A stretch of 64,000 nt of DNA from an uncultured bacterium (GCA_963798465.1 CAWCTC010000001.1:4315-68314); one strand, 5' to 3'; counted from the first letter of the stretch, positions 47,600-58,793 are shown. Translations and numbers: made by a program. The notes: generated by a model not told the origin, from the sequence alone.

Positions 47600-50500
47600 T
47601 TATTCTTCAATCAGCAATCTTCCTTTGAATCCATCAATATCCACAAGCTCGCCTTCTTCCATCTTCTCAAAAGTAATTTCTTTCAAACCTGTCGTCTTTG
47701 AAATTTCATTGCTGAACTTCTCAAAAATCTTTTTGCCTTTTTCATCCGTATCAATAATAAGTTCAACCATATCCGCGGGATTCAATTTTTTATTTTTGCG
47801 CATTTCCTGAATCGATCTGACGATATCGCGCATAATTCCCTCTTCTTTGAGTTCCTCTGTGATAGTTGTATCAAGCTCGACGTCATTCACATTCGATTCA
47901 TCGAAAATAATTTCTTTTACATTAATTTCATCCATTATCAGATTGAAATATTCCTTTTGATTTTTCAACTTCTGGCTTTTGACTTTAATTCCCATAAGTG
48001 GCTGTCTGACTTTGATTCCAACTTTCGCGCGAGCTTCAAGTCCGAGGGAAACAATTTGCCTTGTCTCTTTCATATTTTCCAATATTTCATTTTCGCTGGC
48101 GGAAAGTTCGCCGACAAGATCATCCGGCCAATTTTCCAAGTGCACGCTTTCCTTTTCCATTCCGCCGGTGATTTTCAAATATAAATCTTCAGCAAGAAAG
48201 GCATCGATGGCGCCAAGAGTTTTGAAAATTCGAGAATAACAGTTCTTGTTGTAAGCATAGCCGAATTTCTGTCTTCCACATCTTCAGATTTGAATCTGTC
48301 GCGTGATCTTCTCAAAAACCAAGTTGAAAGATCGTCGACAAAATCTCGCTATCGGCCTCGTTGCTCTATCGAGCTCATGGCTGTCTGTGGCTTTCGTAAT
48401 TTTAGTTGCTGTTTCCTTAAGTCTTGCAATAATCCATTTATCCAAAACATTATTCTGAATTTTTATAATTTTCTTTTTTAGTCAAATCAAGATCAAAACC
48501 ACCATACATTTCAAAGAATGAATAAACATTTTGCAATCTCATTATTACTTTTTTCAGAATTTCGTCCACTCCTTTATTTGAAAATTTCAAATCTTCTGCC
48601 TCTGTAGCAGAAGAAGAAAGAAGATAATATCTCATAGCGTCAGCACTATACGTATCCACAACTTCCATCGGGTCAGAATAATTTTTCAAATGTTTTGACA
48701 TCTTCTGTCCATCTTCAGCCAAAAGAATTCCATTTACAGCAACGCTTTTATAAGGAGCTTTGCCAAAAAGCGCGATTCCAAGAATAAGCAATGAATTGAA
48801 CCAGCCTCTAGTTTGATCAACTCCTTCTGCAATAAAATCTGCTGGGAAACCTTAATGTTTTCGTCGGATCAAATCTTATCTAAATTTTCAAAAGGATAAT
48901 GCATCTCTGCATATGGCATTGAACCAGACTCAAACCAGCAATCAAATACTTCTGGAATTCTTTTCATTTCTCCACCGCATTTACATCTCAAAGTAATTTC
49001 ATCTATGAATGGCCTGTGCAAATCGAGTTCGTAATTTCTGTTGTGAGGAATAGGTGCAAAAGGAAGTTCTTTGATTTCAGAATTTTCTATAAAAGCCTCG
49101 CCTTGTTTTCTTGTTTTCAAAGCCTGTGCATGATCAAAACCTGCAGCTCCGCAGAACATAAGCCAAATAGGAGTGTTGTGAGAAACAATTAGAATATTTT
49201 TTCCTTCATTTTTTGCATCTATTTCATACAAAAAATCGCACATTCTTTTTTTTGCGTCCTCGTATAGTTTCTCCGCCTTCAGGCGTTTTCCTAAATTTTT
49301 CTTCCCTGTTGCCAAAAAATGCCTGATATTCAGCATCTTTTTTGCCATCAAATTCTCCGCCAGATATTTCGTGCAGTCGTTCGGATCATAAATAATTTTA
49401 TCTTTCGGATAGCCGATATTTTCAGCAATAATTTCCGCTGTTTCTTTCGTTCTCATAAATGGAGAACAATAAATAATATCAATCTTTGTCTTTAAGATTT
49501 TCTGCAACTTTCACAGCCTGCTCTTTTCCTTTTTCCGTCAAATGATTTATAGTTTTCGGATTCGAACTCAAAATTCCCAAAACATTGCTCTCGGATTCTC
49601 CATGTCTGGCGATAAAAATTTTATTTTTGCTTTTTGTTTTTTCTTTTATCTCATCGATTGAACCGATAAATTCTTTTTCTTGGCAGTTTCATAGCGCATT
49701 TCCAAACTGGTATAGGTGCACCCCAAAATCTGCTTCTTGAAATTGCCCAGTCAGGAGCGCCTTCAAGCAATTTGCCGAATCTTCCTTCACCGATTTCTTT
49801 TGGAACCCATTTTATTTTTTTATTTGCTTCAACAAGCCTATCTTTGAATTTTGTCACTTCAACAAACCAAGAGCTTGCGGCATAATTCAAAAGCGGAGTG
49901 TCGCATCTGTAACAATGCGGGTATGAGTGGGCGAATTTTTCTTTTGCAAAAAGAGTTCCCTTTCCAGCCAGAAATTTGATCACTTCAATATCGGCAAGCT
50001 GAGGATTTTCTATCGGCTTCACTTTTTGTCCGGCAAAATCTTTCACTTCTTTTTTGAAAGTGCCGTCCATCGCGACATGCTGGATGAAAGGAAGATTTTT
50101 CTCTTTGCCGAGATTCATATCGTCTTCTCCGAATGCTGGCGCAATGTGAACAATTCCCGTTCCGTCTTCCGTCGTTACAAAAGCGGCATCATAAACTTTG
50201 AAACCGTTTTCAATATTTTTTAATTCATCATCAACATAATAATCAAAGACAGGTTTATAAGACATGCCGACTAAAGCATCGCCTTTCATTTTTTCTATGA
50301 TTTCATACGGCTCTTTTATTACGGACAATCTTGATTCAGCTAAAATAAATTTATCATTGCCAATTTTTATTTTTACATAATCAATATCTGGATTTACAGC
50401 AAGTGCAACATTTCCTGGAAGAGTCCAAGGCGTGGTCGTCCAAGCCAGGAAATATGTTCCTGGTTCATCTACAAGTTCAAATTTAACAGTCACTGAAATA

Positions 50501-51120
50501 TCTGTAATATCTTTGTAACCCTGGCCAACTTCAAAATTTGAAAGAGTTGTCCCACAGTGAGGGCAAAGATGCATGGATTTGAAACCTTCATAAATCAAAC
50601 CTTTTTTCTGAAGTTCTTTGAAAACCCACCAGACGGATTCTGTATAAGTCGGAGTCATCGTTCTGTAATCATTTTCCATATCGACAAAACGTCCGGTTCG
50701 TGGAATTATTTTTTTCCATTCATCTGCATATGTGAATATTTTTGTTCTTGCAATATCATTGAATTTTTCCAAACCAAAATCTTCAATATCTTTTTTTGAC
50801 TTCAATCCCATTTCTTTTTCAACAATATTTTCAATCGGAAGACCATGGGTATCCCAGCCCCATCTTCGATTGACATGCTTGCCTTTCATCGTCTGATATC
50901 TGCCCATATAATCTTTCATCGTTCCAGCAAGAATATGCCCGTAGTGTGGAAGTCCTGTGGCAAATGGCGGTCCATCATAAAATACGAATTCGCCATTTGG
51001 AGATGGTTTCTCTAAAGTTTTTTTGAAAATTTCTTTTTCCTGCCAGAATTGCAAGATTTCTTCTTCCCTTTCGGCGATTTTGCTTATAACTCTCGGTTTT
51101 TCTTTGTTATTTTCGCTCAT
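47600..51120 (-). CDS. ileS: Isoleucine--tRNA ligase (type 2) with embedded histidine-phosphatase domain; many frame changes
   Basis: [18 protein letters not shown] (HIGH), [41 protein letters not shown]...[28 protein letters not shown] (KMSKS), and a C-terminal anticodon-binding/Zn part. Fragments: 49651-51120, 48869-49507, 48450-48791, 47600-48178. Confidence 0.85.
49030..49635 (-). other. Histidine phosphatase (PGAM-like) domain inserted in-frame within ileS
   Basis: [16 protein letters not shown]...[10 protein letters not shown]...[18 protein letters not shown]...(alternate frame: [15 protein letters not shown]...KTPEGGE)...[13 protein letters not shown]. Flanked on both sides by IleRS sequence in the same ORF (48869-49507). 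Confidence 0.6.
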
Positions 51121-51173
51121 ATAAAATGTATTATTGAATTTTCATTGTATCAGTTTTTTTAAAAAAAGAAAAA

Positions 51174-51200
51174 GGGCGGATTTGCTTCGCAAATCCGCCC
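51174..51200. terminator. Bidirectional terminator
   Basis: GGGCGGATTTGCTTCGCAAATCCGCCC with A/T flanks. Confidence 0.75.
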
Positions 51201-51213
51201 TTTTTCTTTTTTG

Positions 51214-52896
51214 TTACATTTTTTCCGGTGCTTGTATACCAAGCAAGTTTAATCCATTTTTCAAAACAATAGAAAAAGCTTCGGTAAGCGCAACTTTATA
51301 TGGAGAATTTGAATCTGTTTTGTCGACAATTTTCCCTTGTCCATAAAAATTATTGAAAGCTGATGCGAGCTCAATAAGATAAGTTGCGATGTAATGTGGC
51401 GAATATTCCTCCCCTGCTCTTTCGACGACTTCAGGAAATCTGTAAAGAATTTTTTCCAAATTAGTTGCTTCATTTTCCTGAATTTTTTTCCAATCAACTT
51501 TTTTAATTTTTTCTTCTTTTGCTTTTCGCAAAATTGATTTCGCGCGAGCATACGAATATTGCAGATATGGTCCGGAATCGCCTTTTAGATTCAAGGCTTC
51601 ATCCCAACTGAAAATTATATCCTTTGAACTTTCTCTTTTTAAATCATTAAATTTTATTGCTCCAATACCGACAGCTTCAGCGGTGTCTTTATCAAAAACT
51701 TTTGCTTTTTCTACCGCTTCATCAAGAACTTCCTCCAGCCAAATACCATTTCCTTTTCTTGTACTCATTTTTCCTTCAGGAAAACGATAAAAACCATGTT
51801 TAACATGTATTCTGTCGTGACCATTTGAATAGCCGAGTAATTTTTCTGCTTCTATAACCTGCTGGAAATGCAAACTTTGTTCCATTCCAACTTCATTTAT
51901 AATGACAACATCTTTTCCATATTTTTCTTTTCTAAATTTGTCCGTCGCAAGATCACGAAGCGCATAAATAGTTGAACCGTCTTTTTTTAAAACCATCATC
52001 GGCGGATATTTATCATCTTTGAAAAAAATTAGATAAGCTCCCTCACTTTCCTTTGCAAGCTTAAGCTTATTTATATCTTTCAAAACTTCCTGCATTTTCT
52101 TTTCAAAATAACTTTCGCCGTAGGCGGTATCAAACTTTACGCCAAGCCTTTCATATATCTTTTCAAATTCTTTCAATGAAAGTTTAACGCAGATATTCCA
52201 AATATTTTTGGCTTCTTTATCGCCATTTTCAAGTTTTGTAAACCAATCTCGAGCTTCATTATCAAGTGCCAGATCTTTTTCAGCTTCGTCATGAAATTTT
52301 ACATACAAAGCTACCAAATCTTTTATAGGCTCGGCAGATTTCTGTATTTTTTCAATTGATGACCAATTTTTTATGGCAACAATCAGCTTGCCAAACTGAG
52401 TTCCCCAATCGCCTAAATGATTATCGCGAATCACTTCATATCCCGAAAAATCCAGAATATTTGCGATTGCATCGCCGATGACAGTGGAGCGAAGATGTCC
52501 GATTGTAAAAGGTTTCGCAATATTTGGCGAAGAATATTCAACAATTACTTTCTTCCCTTTTCCAATTTTACTTCTGCCAAATTCTTTTTCTTCTTTCAAT
52601 ATTTTTCTGTTTTCATCAACAAAAAATTCTGGGGATAAATAAAAATTGATAAAACCAGGTCCGGCGACTTCAACTTTTGAAATTTCTTTTGGTTTTCTTT
52701 CGTTTATTTCTGCGACAATCTTTTCTGCAAGTTCTCGGGGATTTTTAGCGACTTGTTTTGCAAGTATCATTGCAACATTGCACGAATAATCTCCATGAGT
52801 TAATTCCTCGGGATGTTCTAGATTTATTTTTTCGGCTTTAATATCAAGTTCAGAAAGTGCCTGCTTTATTGATTTTTCCAATATGTTTCGAATCAT
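51214..52896 (-). CDS. argS: Arginine--tRNA ligase
   Basis: 560 aa. EYSSPNIAKPFTIGHLRS (HIGH-like), ...DWGTQFG..., MSTRKG (KMSKS equivalent), DALR anticodon-binding C-terminus. Confidence 0.92.
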   Translation of the reverse strand: MIRNILEKSIKQALSELDIKAEKINLEHPEELTHGDYSCNVAMILAKQVAKNPRELAEKIVAEINERKPKEISKVEVAGPGFINFYLSPEFFVDENRKILKEEKEFGRSKIGKGKKVIVEYSSPNIAKPFTIGHLRSTVIGDAIANILDFSGYEVIRDNHLGDWGTQFGKLIVAIKNWSSIEKIQKSAEPIKDLVALYVKFHDEAEKDLALDNEARDWFTKLENGDKEAKNIWNICVKLSLKEFEKIYERLGVKFDTAYGESYFEKKMQEVLKDINKLKLAKESEGAYLIFFKDDKYPPMMVLKKDGSTIYALRDLATDKFRKEKYGKDVVIINEVGMEQSLHFQQVIEAEKLLGYSNGHDRIHVKHGFYRFPEGKMSTRKGNGIWLEEVLDEAVEKAKVFDKDTAEAVGIGAIKFNDLKRESSKDIIFSWDEALNLKGDSGPYLQYSYARAKSILRKAKEEKIKKVDWKKIQENEATNLEKILYRFPEVVERAGEEYSPHYIATYLIELASAFNNFYGQGKIVDKTDSNSPYKVALTEAFSIVLKNGLNLLGIQAPEKM

Positions 52897-53007
52897 TCAA
52901 CTTATAATACTATAGTTATAAGCTAAATTAAAGGCAGATTTTCGCGAGGCATATTATCCGCCTTCCACATGCTATAATGACTCTATTACTAATTTAACTA
53001 TTTAATT

Positions 53008-53958
53008 ATGGACAATAAACCAAAAACAACAGCAAAGGATTTCTTTCTATACTTAGGAATTACGATTGGACTTTACGCCAGTGTCGTAAGTTTTCTCAAT
53101 CTTGTTTTTACAATTATCAACAAAGTATTTCCGCTTGCGGGCGATTACATCGGAGGATATGAAAATACAATCAGAATCTGCATTGCTACCCTGATAATTT
53201 TCTTCCCAACTTTTTTCTATCTGACATGGCTCATCTACAAAGATTTGAAAGTGAATCCTGAGAAAAAAGAAATCTGGGTCAGAAAATGGATGATATTCTT
53301 GAATCTTTTCATTGCCGGACTTACAGCAGCAATAGATTTGGCAGTTCTAATTTATCAATTTTTGGGAGCGGAAGATTTAACTTTAAGATTTTTCTTGAAA
53401 GTATTTTTCGTCCTTGCATCTGCAGCAACTATATTTGTATTTTATTTTTATAATCTCAAAAGACCCATTTTTGAATACAAGGATTATATGAATATTTTTC
53501 TTGCTTTTATATCGGCTGTCATTCTCGCAAGCATCATATATGGAATCATACTTATCGGTTCGCCCGCTTCACAAAAAGCAAGACAGCTTGACGAACAAAG
53601 AATCAGCGATTTGAGCAATATTCAAAATCAGATTGTTTATGTTCAATGGGAAACTAAAGGAACTGTTCCGACTAGCTTGAGCGAATTAAATGATCCAATC
53701 AGTGGCTTCATTGTTCCGACAGATCCTCAAACCGGCGAAAGTTATATTTATAAAATGATTTCAACAAGTAGTTTTGAACTTTGCGCAAATTTTAAAACTG
53801 TCGTTTCAACAACTACATCAAATACAGTCGTGCCATCGCCAGCTTCATATCCAATTCAAGGCAATTCAGTAGATGAAAATTGGCAACACCAAGCGACAAC
53901 AACCTGTTTTACAAGAGTGATAGATGCGACGCTTTATCCGGTAAATACGAAAAAATAA
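53008..53958 (+). CDS. Polytopic membrane protein, DUF5671-like, with extracellular C-terminal domain
   Basis: 316 aa. Six predicted TM helices, starting KDFFLYLGITIGLYASVVSFLNLVF. C-terminus ...QKARQLDEQRISDLSNIQ...SYIYK...ELCANF. Confidence 0.55.
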   Translation: MDNKPKTTAKDFFLYLGITIGLYASVVSFLNLVFTIINKVFPLAGDYIGGYENTIRICIATLIIFFPTFFYLTWLIYKDLKVNPEKKEIWVRKWMIFLNLFIAGLTAAIDLAVLIYQFLGAEDLTLRFFLKVFFVLASAATIFVFYFYNLKRPIFEYKDYMNIFLAFISAVILASIIYGIILIGSPASQKARQLDEQRISDLSNIQNQIVYVQWETKGTVPTSLSELNDPISGFIVPTDPQTGESYIYKMISTSSFELCANFKTVVSTTTSNTVVPSPASYPIQGNSVDENWQHQATTTCFTRVIDATLYPVNTKK

Positions 53959-53971
53959 CAATAAATTAAAA

Positions 53972-53994
53972 GGGCGGCACCTTCGGTGCCGCCC
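53972..53994. terminator. Bidirectional terminator (GGGCGGCACCTTCGGTGCCGCCC)
   Basis: Identical to 40160-40182. Confidence 0.8.
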
Positions 53995-54007
53995 TTTTTG
54001 TATTTGT

Positions 54008-54565
54008 TTATTTCAAAAAATGGAAACTACTAATAATTTGATTATTATATTGAGTGATTTGATCATTATCTTGAGAACCATTTAAACTAATATCGTATAA
54101 TTTTTTACCATTCATAACCAACACACCGTACTCATAAATAGTTTCACCCTTTTCTTGTGGTAGCCCGTATTCATACGCATCAAATCCATCAATAGTAAAT
54201 TTCTTCTCAAAAATATTATCGGTATTGTATTGTTTTAGTATCTCATCAAGAGTCTGTCCTGGAGTTGTAACACTTACACCTATTTCCCACATACCGATAC
54301 CACCATTTTCGCCTCTATCATCTTCATTAAAACTAACCCTGTCTTTATAATCTGTTATTGCCAAGCCACTTGAAAAATCAATCTGAAATCCTAAAACTGT
54401 ATTTATATAAGTATCCCAAGTTAAAGACGAAGTTGCAGTTGATGTAGAAACCGAACTTTTAGTAGCAGGTGTTTTGTTAGCTAATAAAAAATAAAACACG
54501 GAACCAATAATCAGCAAAAAAAATATGATTAAAAATATCTTAAAATATGAAAGTTTTTTGGACAT
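54008..54565 (-). CDS. Membrane-anchored hypothetical protein
   Basis: The likely start MSKKLSYFKIFLIIFFLLIIGSVFYFLLA (54565) avoids overlap with the upstream gene. The track ORF extends to 54652. Confidence 0.45.
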   Translation of the reverse strand: MSKKLSYFKIFLIIFFLLIIGSVFYFLLANKTPATKSSVSTSTATSSLTWDTYINTVLGFQIDFSSGLAITDYKDRVSFNEDDRGENGGIGMWEIGVSVTTPGQTLDEILKQYNTDNIFEKKFTIDGFDAYEYGLPQEKGETIYEYGVLVMNGKKLYDISLNGSQDNDQITQYNNQIISSFHFLK

Positions 54566-54566
54566 T

Positions 54567-55892
54567 TTATAAATTTTTCGCTGATGACTTCCCTGCAATA
54601 TAGCCACTCGTCCAGCAAAGCTGAAGTGAATATCCCCCAGAATTTCTGTCAAAATCCAAAATATCTCCGACTAAAAATAAATTATCATAAAGTTTTGATT
54701 TCATTTCTTTAAAATCGACTTCGGATAAATCCACTCCGCCGGAAGAAACAATCGCTTTGTCATAGCCGAGCAAGCTGTCCACTGTCAGCTCAAATTTTTT
54801 GAACATTTCAACAATTGCCATTCTTTCTGGTCTTTTGACTTCGTTTGCAAACCACTCACCATCCATTCCGATGATATCTAGAATTTTTAAATATATTTTT
54901 TCTGGCACTTCCTTGAAAGCCAAATTTTTAATTTTCTTTTTTGGATTAGCTTCAAAAAGTTTCAAAACATTTGCATGCATGACATCAAGACCGACTCCTG
55001 GGAAGAAATCTATTGAAACTTTTACTTCATTTTTCTTGGCAAGCAAGTCGCCGATGTTTTTACTCATGTTCAAAATCGTCGGACCTGAAAGTCCATCGTG
55101 AGTGAAAAGTATTCTGCCTTTCTTTGAAATAACTTTTTTATTTTGAAAATTAATTTTATCTACAGTCCAAACTGAAATTCCGACATCATCGAGCGTAATT
55201 CCAGCCAAATCTGAAACCCAATTTTCTTTTACTTTTATCGGGACAAGCGAAGGATTCGGTTCAACAACTTTATGCCCGATTTCTTTCAGCCAATTGAAAC
55301 CGTCGCCAGTCGAGCCGGTTTCCGGATGTGAAAGTCCGCCTGTCGCCAAAATAAAATTTTTCCCTTTTATTTCTCTTCCGTCTGATAGTATCACTGAAAC
55401 AATTTTATTTTTTTCTTTTTTTATATGAGAAACTTCAGCACCGAGTTCAAGCTGGACTCCGCTTTGCACTGAATTTTTTGTAAGTGCGCCAAGAATATCA
55501 AGTGCATTATCGCTCACCGGGAAAACTCTGAAACCTGCTTCAACTTTCGTTTTAATTCCGAGCTTTTCAAAAAATCTTATTGTGTCATCAACTCCGAAAA
55601 TTGAAAGCGGAGTAAAAAGAAGATTTCCTTTTTTGCCGAATTTCGAAATAAAATCTCTTTGATCCGGATTTGCATTTGTAAGATTGCAGCGTCCTCCGCC
55701 GGTGAGAAGTAGCTTCTTGCCCATTACGTCATTCTTCTCAATAAGCAATACTTTAGCGCCCAATTTGGCAGCTACGGAAGAAGATATAAGCCCCGCAGGT
55801 CCTCCGCCGATAACAACAACATCCCAGATATTCGGTTTTACGTCTTTCCTTGCCCCGTGTGAATTTTTACTTTGTTTTGATTTTAAATTCAT
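54567..55892 (-). CDS. FAD-dependent flavoprotein, HI0933 / aminoacetone-oxidase-like family
   Basis: 441 aa. WDVVVIGGGPAGLISS (dinucleotide-binding fold), ...LLLTGGGRCNLTN..., ...ATGGLSHPETGSTGDGF..., C-terminus GGYSLQLCWTSGYIAG. The N-terminal 16 aa come from the repeat cassette. Confidence 0.8.
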   Translation of the reverse strand: MNLKSKQSKNSHGARKDVKPNIWDVVVIGGGPAGLISSSVAAKLGAKVLLIEKNDVMGKKLLLTGGGRCNLTNANPDQRDFISKFGKKGNLLFTPLSIFGVDDTIRFFEKLGIKTKVEAGFRVFPVSDNALDILGALTKNSVQSGVQLELGAEVSHIKKEKNKIVSVILSDGREIKGKNFILATGGLSHPETGSTGDGFNWLKEIGHKVVEPNPSLVPIKVKENWVSDLAGITLDDVGISVWTVDKINFQNKKVISKKGRILFTHDGLSGPTILNMSKNIGDLLAKKNEVKVSIDFFPGVGLDVMHANVLKLFEANPKKKIKNLAFKEVPEKIYLKILDIIGMDGEWFANEVKRPERMAIVEMFKKFELTVDSLLGYDKAIVSSGGVDLSEVDFKEMKSKLYDNLFLVGDILDFDRNSGGYSLQLCWTSGYIAGKSSAKNL

Positions 55893-55958
55893 ATATTTTC
55901 ATTAATTATACTCATATTCCGGTGTATCCGGGTCATTCCCCCAAAATTCTTTACGGGG
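55853..55958 (-). promoter_or_regulatory. Start-codon cassette, copy 3
   Basis: Minus strand: CCCCGTAAAGAATTTT ... ATG(55892) ... AAAAATTCACACGGGG. The mini-uORF ATGAAAACCCCGTAA overlaps box1. Confidence 0.6.
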
Positions 55959-56014
55959 TTTTCATTGATTGATATATTAGAGCAAAACTTGATAAAAAGC
56001 GAATTTTAAAAATC

Positions 56015-56033
56015 GCGAAGGCCAGACCTTCGC
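56015..56033 (-). repeat. REP hairpin f (inverted orientation, GCGAAGGCCAGACCTTCGC)
   Basis: Exact reverse complement of the REP at 30172-30190, about 26 kb from the RAYT. Confidence 0.7.
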
Positions 56034-56076
56034 AAAGAATTGGTTTTTAAATTTGATTTTTGCTAAACTTGACGAC

Positions 56077-56652
56077 ATGAAAATAGGAGTAGATTTAGAT
56101 GAAGTTTTGGGACATTCCCTGCCGGAACTTATTGCATTTCATAATCACAATTATGGAACAAACTTAAAAACGGAAGATTTCACATCTTATAATTTTGAAA
56201 AAATCTGGGGCGGAACTCTCGCTGAAGCCATAGACAAGGTGGAAGAATTCCACAAAACTCAATATTTTAAAAACATAAAGCCAATGGAAGGCGCAAAAGA
56301 AGTTCTGGAAAAACTCAAAAAAAATAATGAGCTTTTTGTCATCACTGCAAGAAGAGACAATATAAGAAAAGAAACCGAAGAATGGGTGAACAAATATTAT
56401 CCGAATATTTTTTCAAAAATATATTTTACCGATGAGTTTTCAAATGCCAGTACAAAAAGCACGACCAAGAAAAAAATCTGCGATAGTTTGGACATAGATA
56501 TTTTTATTGAAGATAATATTAAATATGCTCTGGAATGCGCCGGACCAAAAAGAAAAGTTTATCTTCTGAATTATCAATGGAACCAAACCAAAGAAAAATT
56601 GCCGAAAAATATAATTCGCGTCAATTCTTGGAAAGAAATAGATACTAAATGA
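56077..56652 (+). CDS. 5'(3')-deoxyribonucleotidase-like HAD phosphatase (NT5C family)
   Basis: MKIGVDLDEVL (DxDxV/T nucleophile motif), ...FVITARRD..., ...IFIEDN. Confidence 0.7.
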   Translation: MKIGVDLDEVLGHSLPELIAFHNHNYGTNLKTEDFTSYNFEKIWGGTLAEAIDKVEEFHKTQYFKNIKPMEGAKEVLEKLKKNNELFVITARRDNIRKETEEWVNKYYPNIFSKIYFTDEFSNASTKSTTKKKICDSLDIDIFIEDNIKYALECAGPKRKVYLLNYQWNQTKEKLPKNIIRVNSWKEIDTK

Positions 56653-56659
56653 AATCTAA

Positions 56660-56683
56660 AGGCGGGCCGTTTACGGCCCGCCT
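56660..56683. terminator. Bidirectional terminator
   Basis: AGGCGGGCCGTTTACGGCCCGCCT. Confidence 0.75.
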
Positions 56684-56687
56684 TTAA

Positions 56688-57411
56688 TTATTTTCTATAT
56701 TCTTGTTTTTTATATGGCAGTGGCTTACTTATCTCACTCCAATGTTTATTTTGGTCCAATAAACCTTTTATCCCCAGACAATGCGAATGCATGACAGTAA
56801 ATTTTGCATCCTTGATGGCGATATAACCTTTTTTGAACCAATATCCTGACCAAGCTTGATCTTCCCCTCCCATTCCATAGGCTTCGTCAATCTTATGCTG
56901 TTCCCATAAATCTTTTCTGATTATCGCATGCGTAAAACCCATAACACCAGTACCGAGTTTTCGGTCTATTCTTTTATAATTTATAATTCAAAAGACATGC
57001 AATTTTTACTTTGAAACCATTCCAAAATAATTTTTCTGCCCATGAGCCATCAGGCAGCGCTTGCATCATTCCATAAACACCGAGAACTTTATCATTTATG
57101 AAATCACTTACGCCGTCTGCAAGCCAAGTTTTTGAAATCGGTATGGAGTGAGCGCTTAAAATAACAAAATATTTTGTAGCTTGAGCTCTTTCGCAACCAT
57201 AATTTATCGCATACGGATAAGAAAAATCTTCAGGTTTAATCTGAAAAATTTTTGTGTTAAATTTTTTAGCAATTTCTAAAGTTTTATCAGTAGAGCCAGA
57301 ATCAATGATAATAATTTCAAAATCTTTGTAAGTTTGTTCACTTAATTTCTCCAAAACTTTACCGAGCCACTTCTCCTCGTTTTTTGTTCTTATTATTATT
57401 GATGTTTCCAT
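56688..57411 (-). CDS. Glycosyltransferase family 2 (one frame change)
   Basis: METSIIIRTKNEEKWLGKVLEKLSEQTYKDFEIIIIDSGSTDKT... (GT-A DxD region). The C-terminal part 56688-56942 is in another frame. Confidence 0.75.
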
Positions 57412-57412
57412 A

Positions 57413-57847
57413 TCATTTTCCTGTACTACCAAAACCTCCCTCGCCTCTTACGGTATCAGAAAGTTCGGAAACTTCTTCAAAATCTACAAATTCTTTTTTT
57501 TGAATTACCATCTGCGCGACTTTATGACCTTTTAGAAATGTGTAATCCGCGTCGCTCAAATTTATCATTCCAACAAGTACTTCACCGCGATAAGTTGAAT
57601 CAATCACTCCGCCGAGAGTTTTCATTCCATTTTTTATTGAAAGTCCGCTTTTGTCCCAGATGAGTCCGACATATCCTTCAGGTATTTCCATTGCAATTCC
57701 CGTTGGCACGCCGATTCTTTCTCCTTTTTTTACGACAATATTTTCCGGTGTGAACAAATCAAATCCCGCATCGTCATGATGCGAATAAGCTGGCACTTTT
57801 GCATCAGCATGAAGTTTTTTTATCTTTAATTTCATTTTTCCACTCAA
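57413..57847 (-). CDS. dut: dUTP diphosphatase
   Basis: ...AKVPAYSHHDDAGFDLF..., GVIDSTYRGEV, ...RGEGGFGSTGK. Confidence 0.9.
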   Translation of the reverse strand: MSGKMKLKIKKLHADAKVPAYSHHDDAGFDLFTPENIVVKKGERIGVPTGIAMEIPEGYVGLIWDKSGLSIKNGMKTLGGVIDSTYRGEVLVGMINLSDADYTFLKGHKVAQMVIQKKEFVDFEEVSELSDTVRGEGGFGSTGK

Positions 57848-57849
57848 AA

Positions 57850-58605
57850 TTAATTCGGCTTCTTCATCGAAGAATAAACATCCTGAACTGCATTCATAAG
57901 CTGCATCGGGAATAAAATTGTTGTGTTATTCTCATCACTCATTTCAGCAAGCGTTTGCAAAGTTCTAAGCTGCAAAGAAATTGGATGCGCCGCCATTATG
58001 TCCGCAGCTTGTCCGAGCTTCTCTGAAGCTTGGAGTTCTCCTTCTGCTGCAACAATCTTCGCTCTTCTTTCTCTTTCCGCTTCAGCTTCTTTTGCCATCG
58101 CTCTTTGCATATTGTCTGGCAGTGTAATATCTTTTATTTCAACTGCTGTCACCTGCGCTCCCCAAGGTTCTGTGTGCAAGTCTATGACATTTTTAATCTG
58201 CGTATTTATTTCTTCAGTCTGAGACAAAAGCTGGTCGAGCATAAATTGTCCGACAACATTTCTCATCGTCGTCTGACTTATCTGATTTACAGCGCTAAAA
58301 ACATCTTCAATGGCAATGACAGCTTTCTGCGAATCGACAATTTTATAATAAGCGACTCCGGCAATATCAATAGAAACATTATCTTTTGTGATGATTTTCT
58401 GTGAAGGAATATTCATCGTCACTGTTCGAAGTGAAATCTTAACCATCTTTTGAAATACAGGAAAAACAACGATAAGCCCCGGACCTTTTACTCCGCCAAA
58501 TTTTCCAAGAGTAAAAATAACTCCCCTTTCGTATTCATTAAGAACTCTCAAACCCGCAAAAACATAAAACACCGCAATCACAATCACATATGTCAAAATA
58601 TCCAT
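57850..58605 (-). CDS. SPFH/band 7 domain protein (stomatin/prohibitin-like)
   Basis: 251 aa. N-terminal TM helix, ...VLNEYERGVIFTLGKF...GPGLIVVFPVFQKMVKISLR..., AEAERERRAKIVAAEGE. Confidence 0.85.
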   Translation of the reverse strand: MDILTYVIVIAVFYVFAGLRVLNEYERGVIFTLGKFGGVKGPGLIVVFPVFQKMVKISLRTVTMNIPSQKIITKDNVSIDIAGVAYYKIVDSQKAVIAIEDVFSAVNQISQTTMRNVVGQFMLDQLLSQTEEINTQIKNVIDLHTEPWGAQVTAVEIKDITLPDNMQRAMAKEAEAERERRAKIVAAEGELQASEKLGQAADIMAAHPISLQLRTLQTLAEMSDENNTTILFPMQLMNAVQDVYSSMKKPN

Positions 58606-58793
58606 GTTTTTCTTGCCCCGTCAAAGTATTTTTTATTTGATGGGTATTTATTAATTATTAAATGTTAATGAGGTTTAATTATAACAGATTTTAAGGTTTC
58701 TAATCATAATTATATTCTTTAAATACAGATTATTTTATAATATTATTAATAATATTTTGCTATACTTTGTTATCAACAGTTTTATTTTAAATG

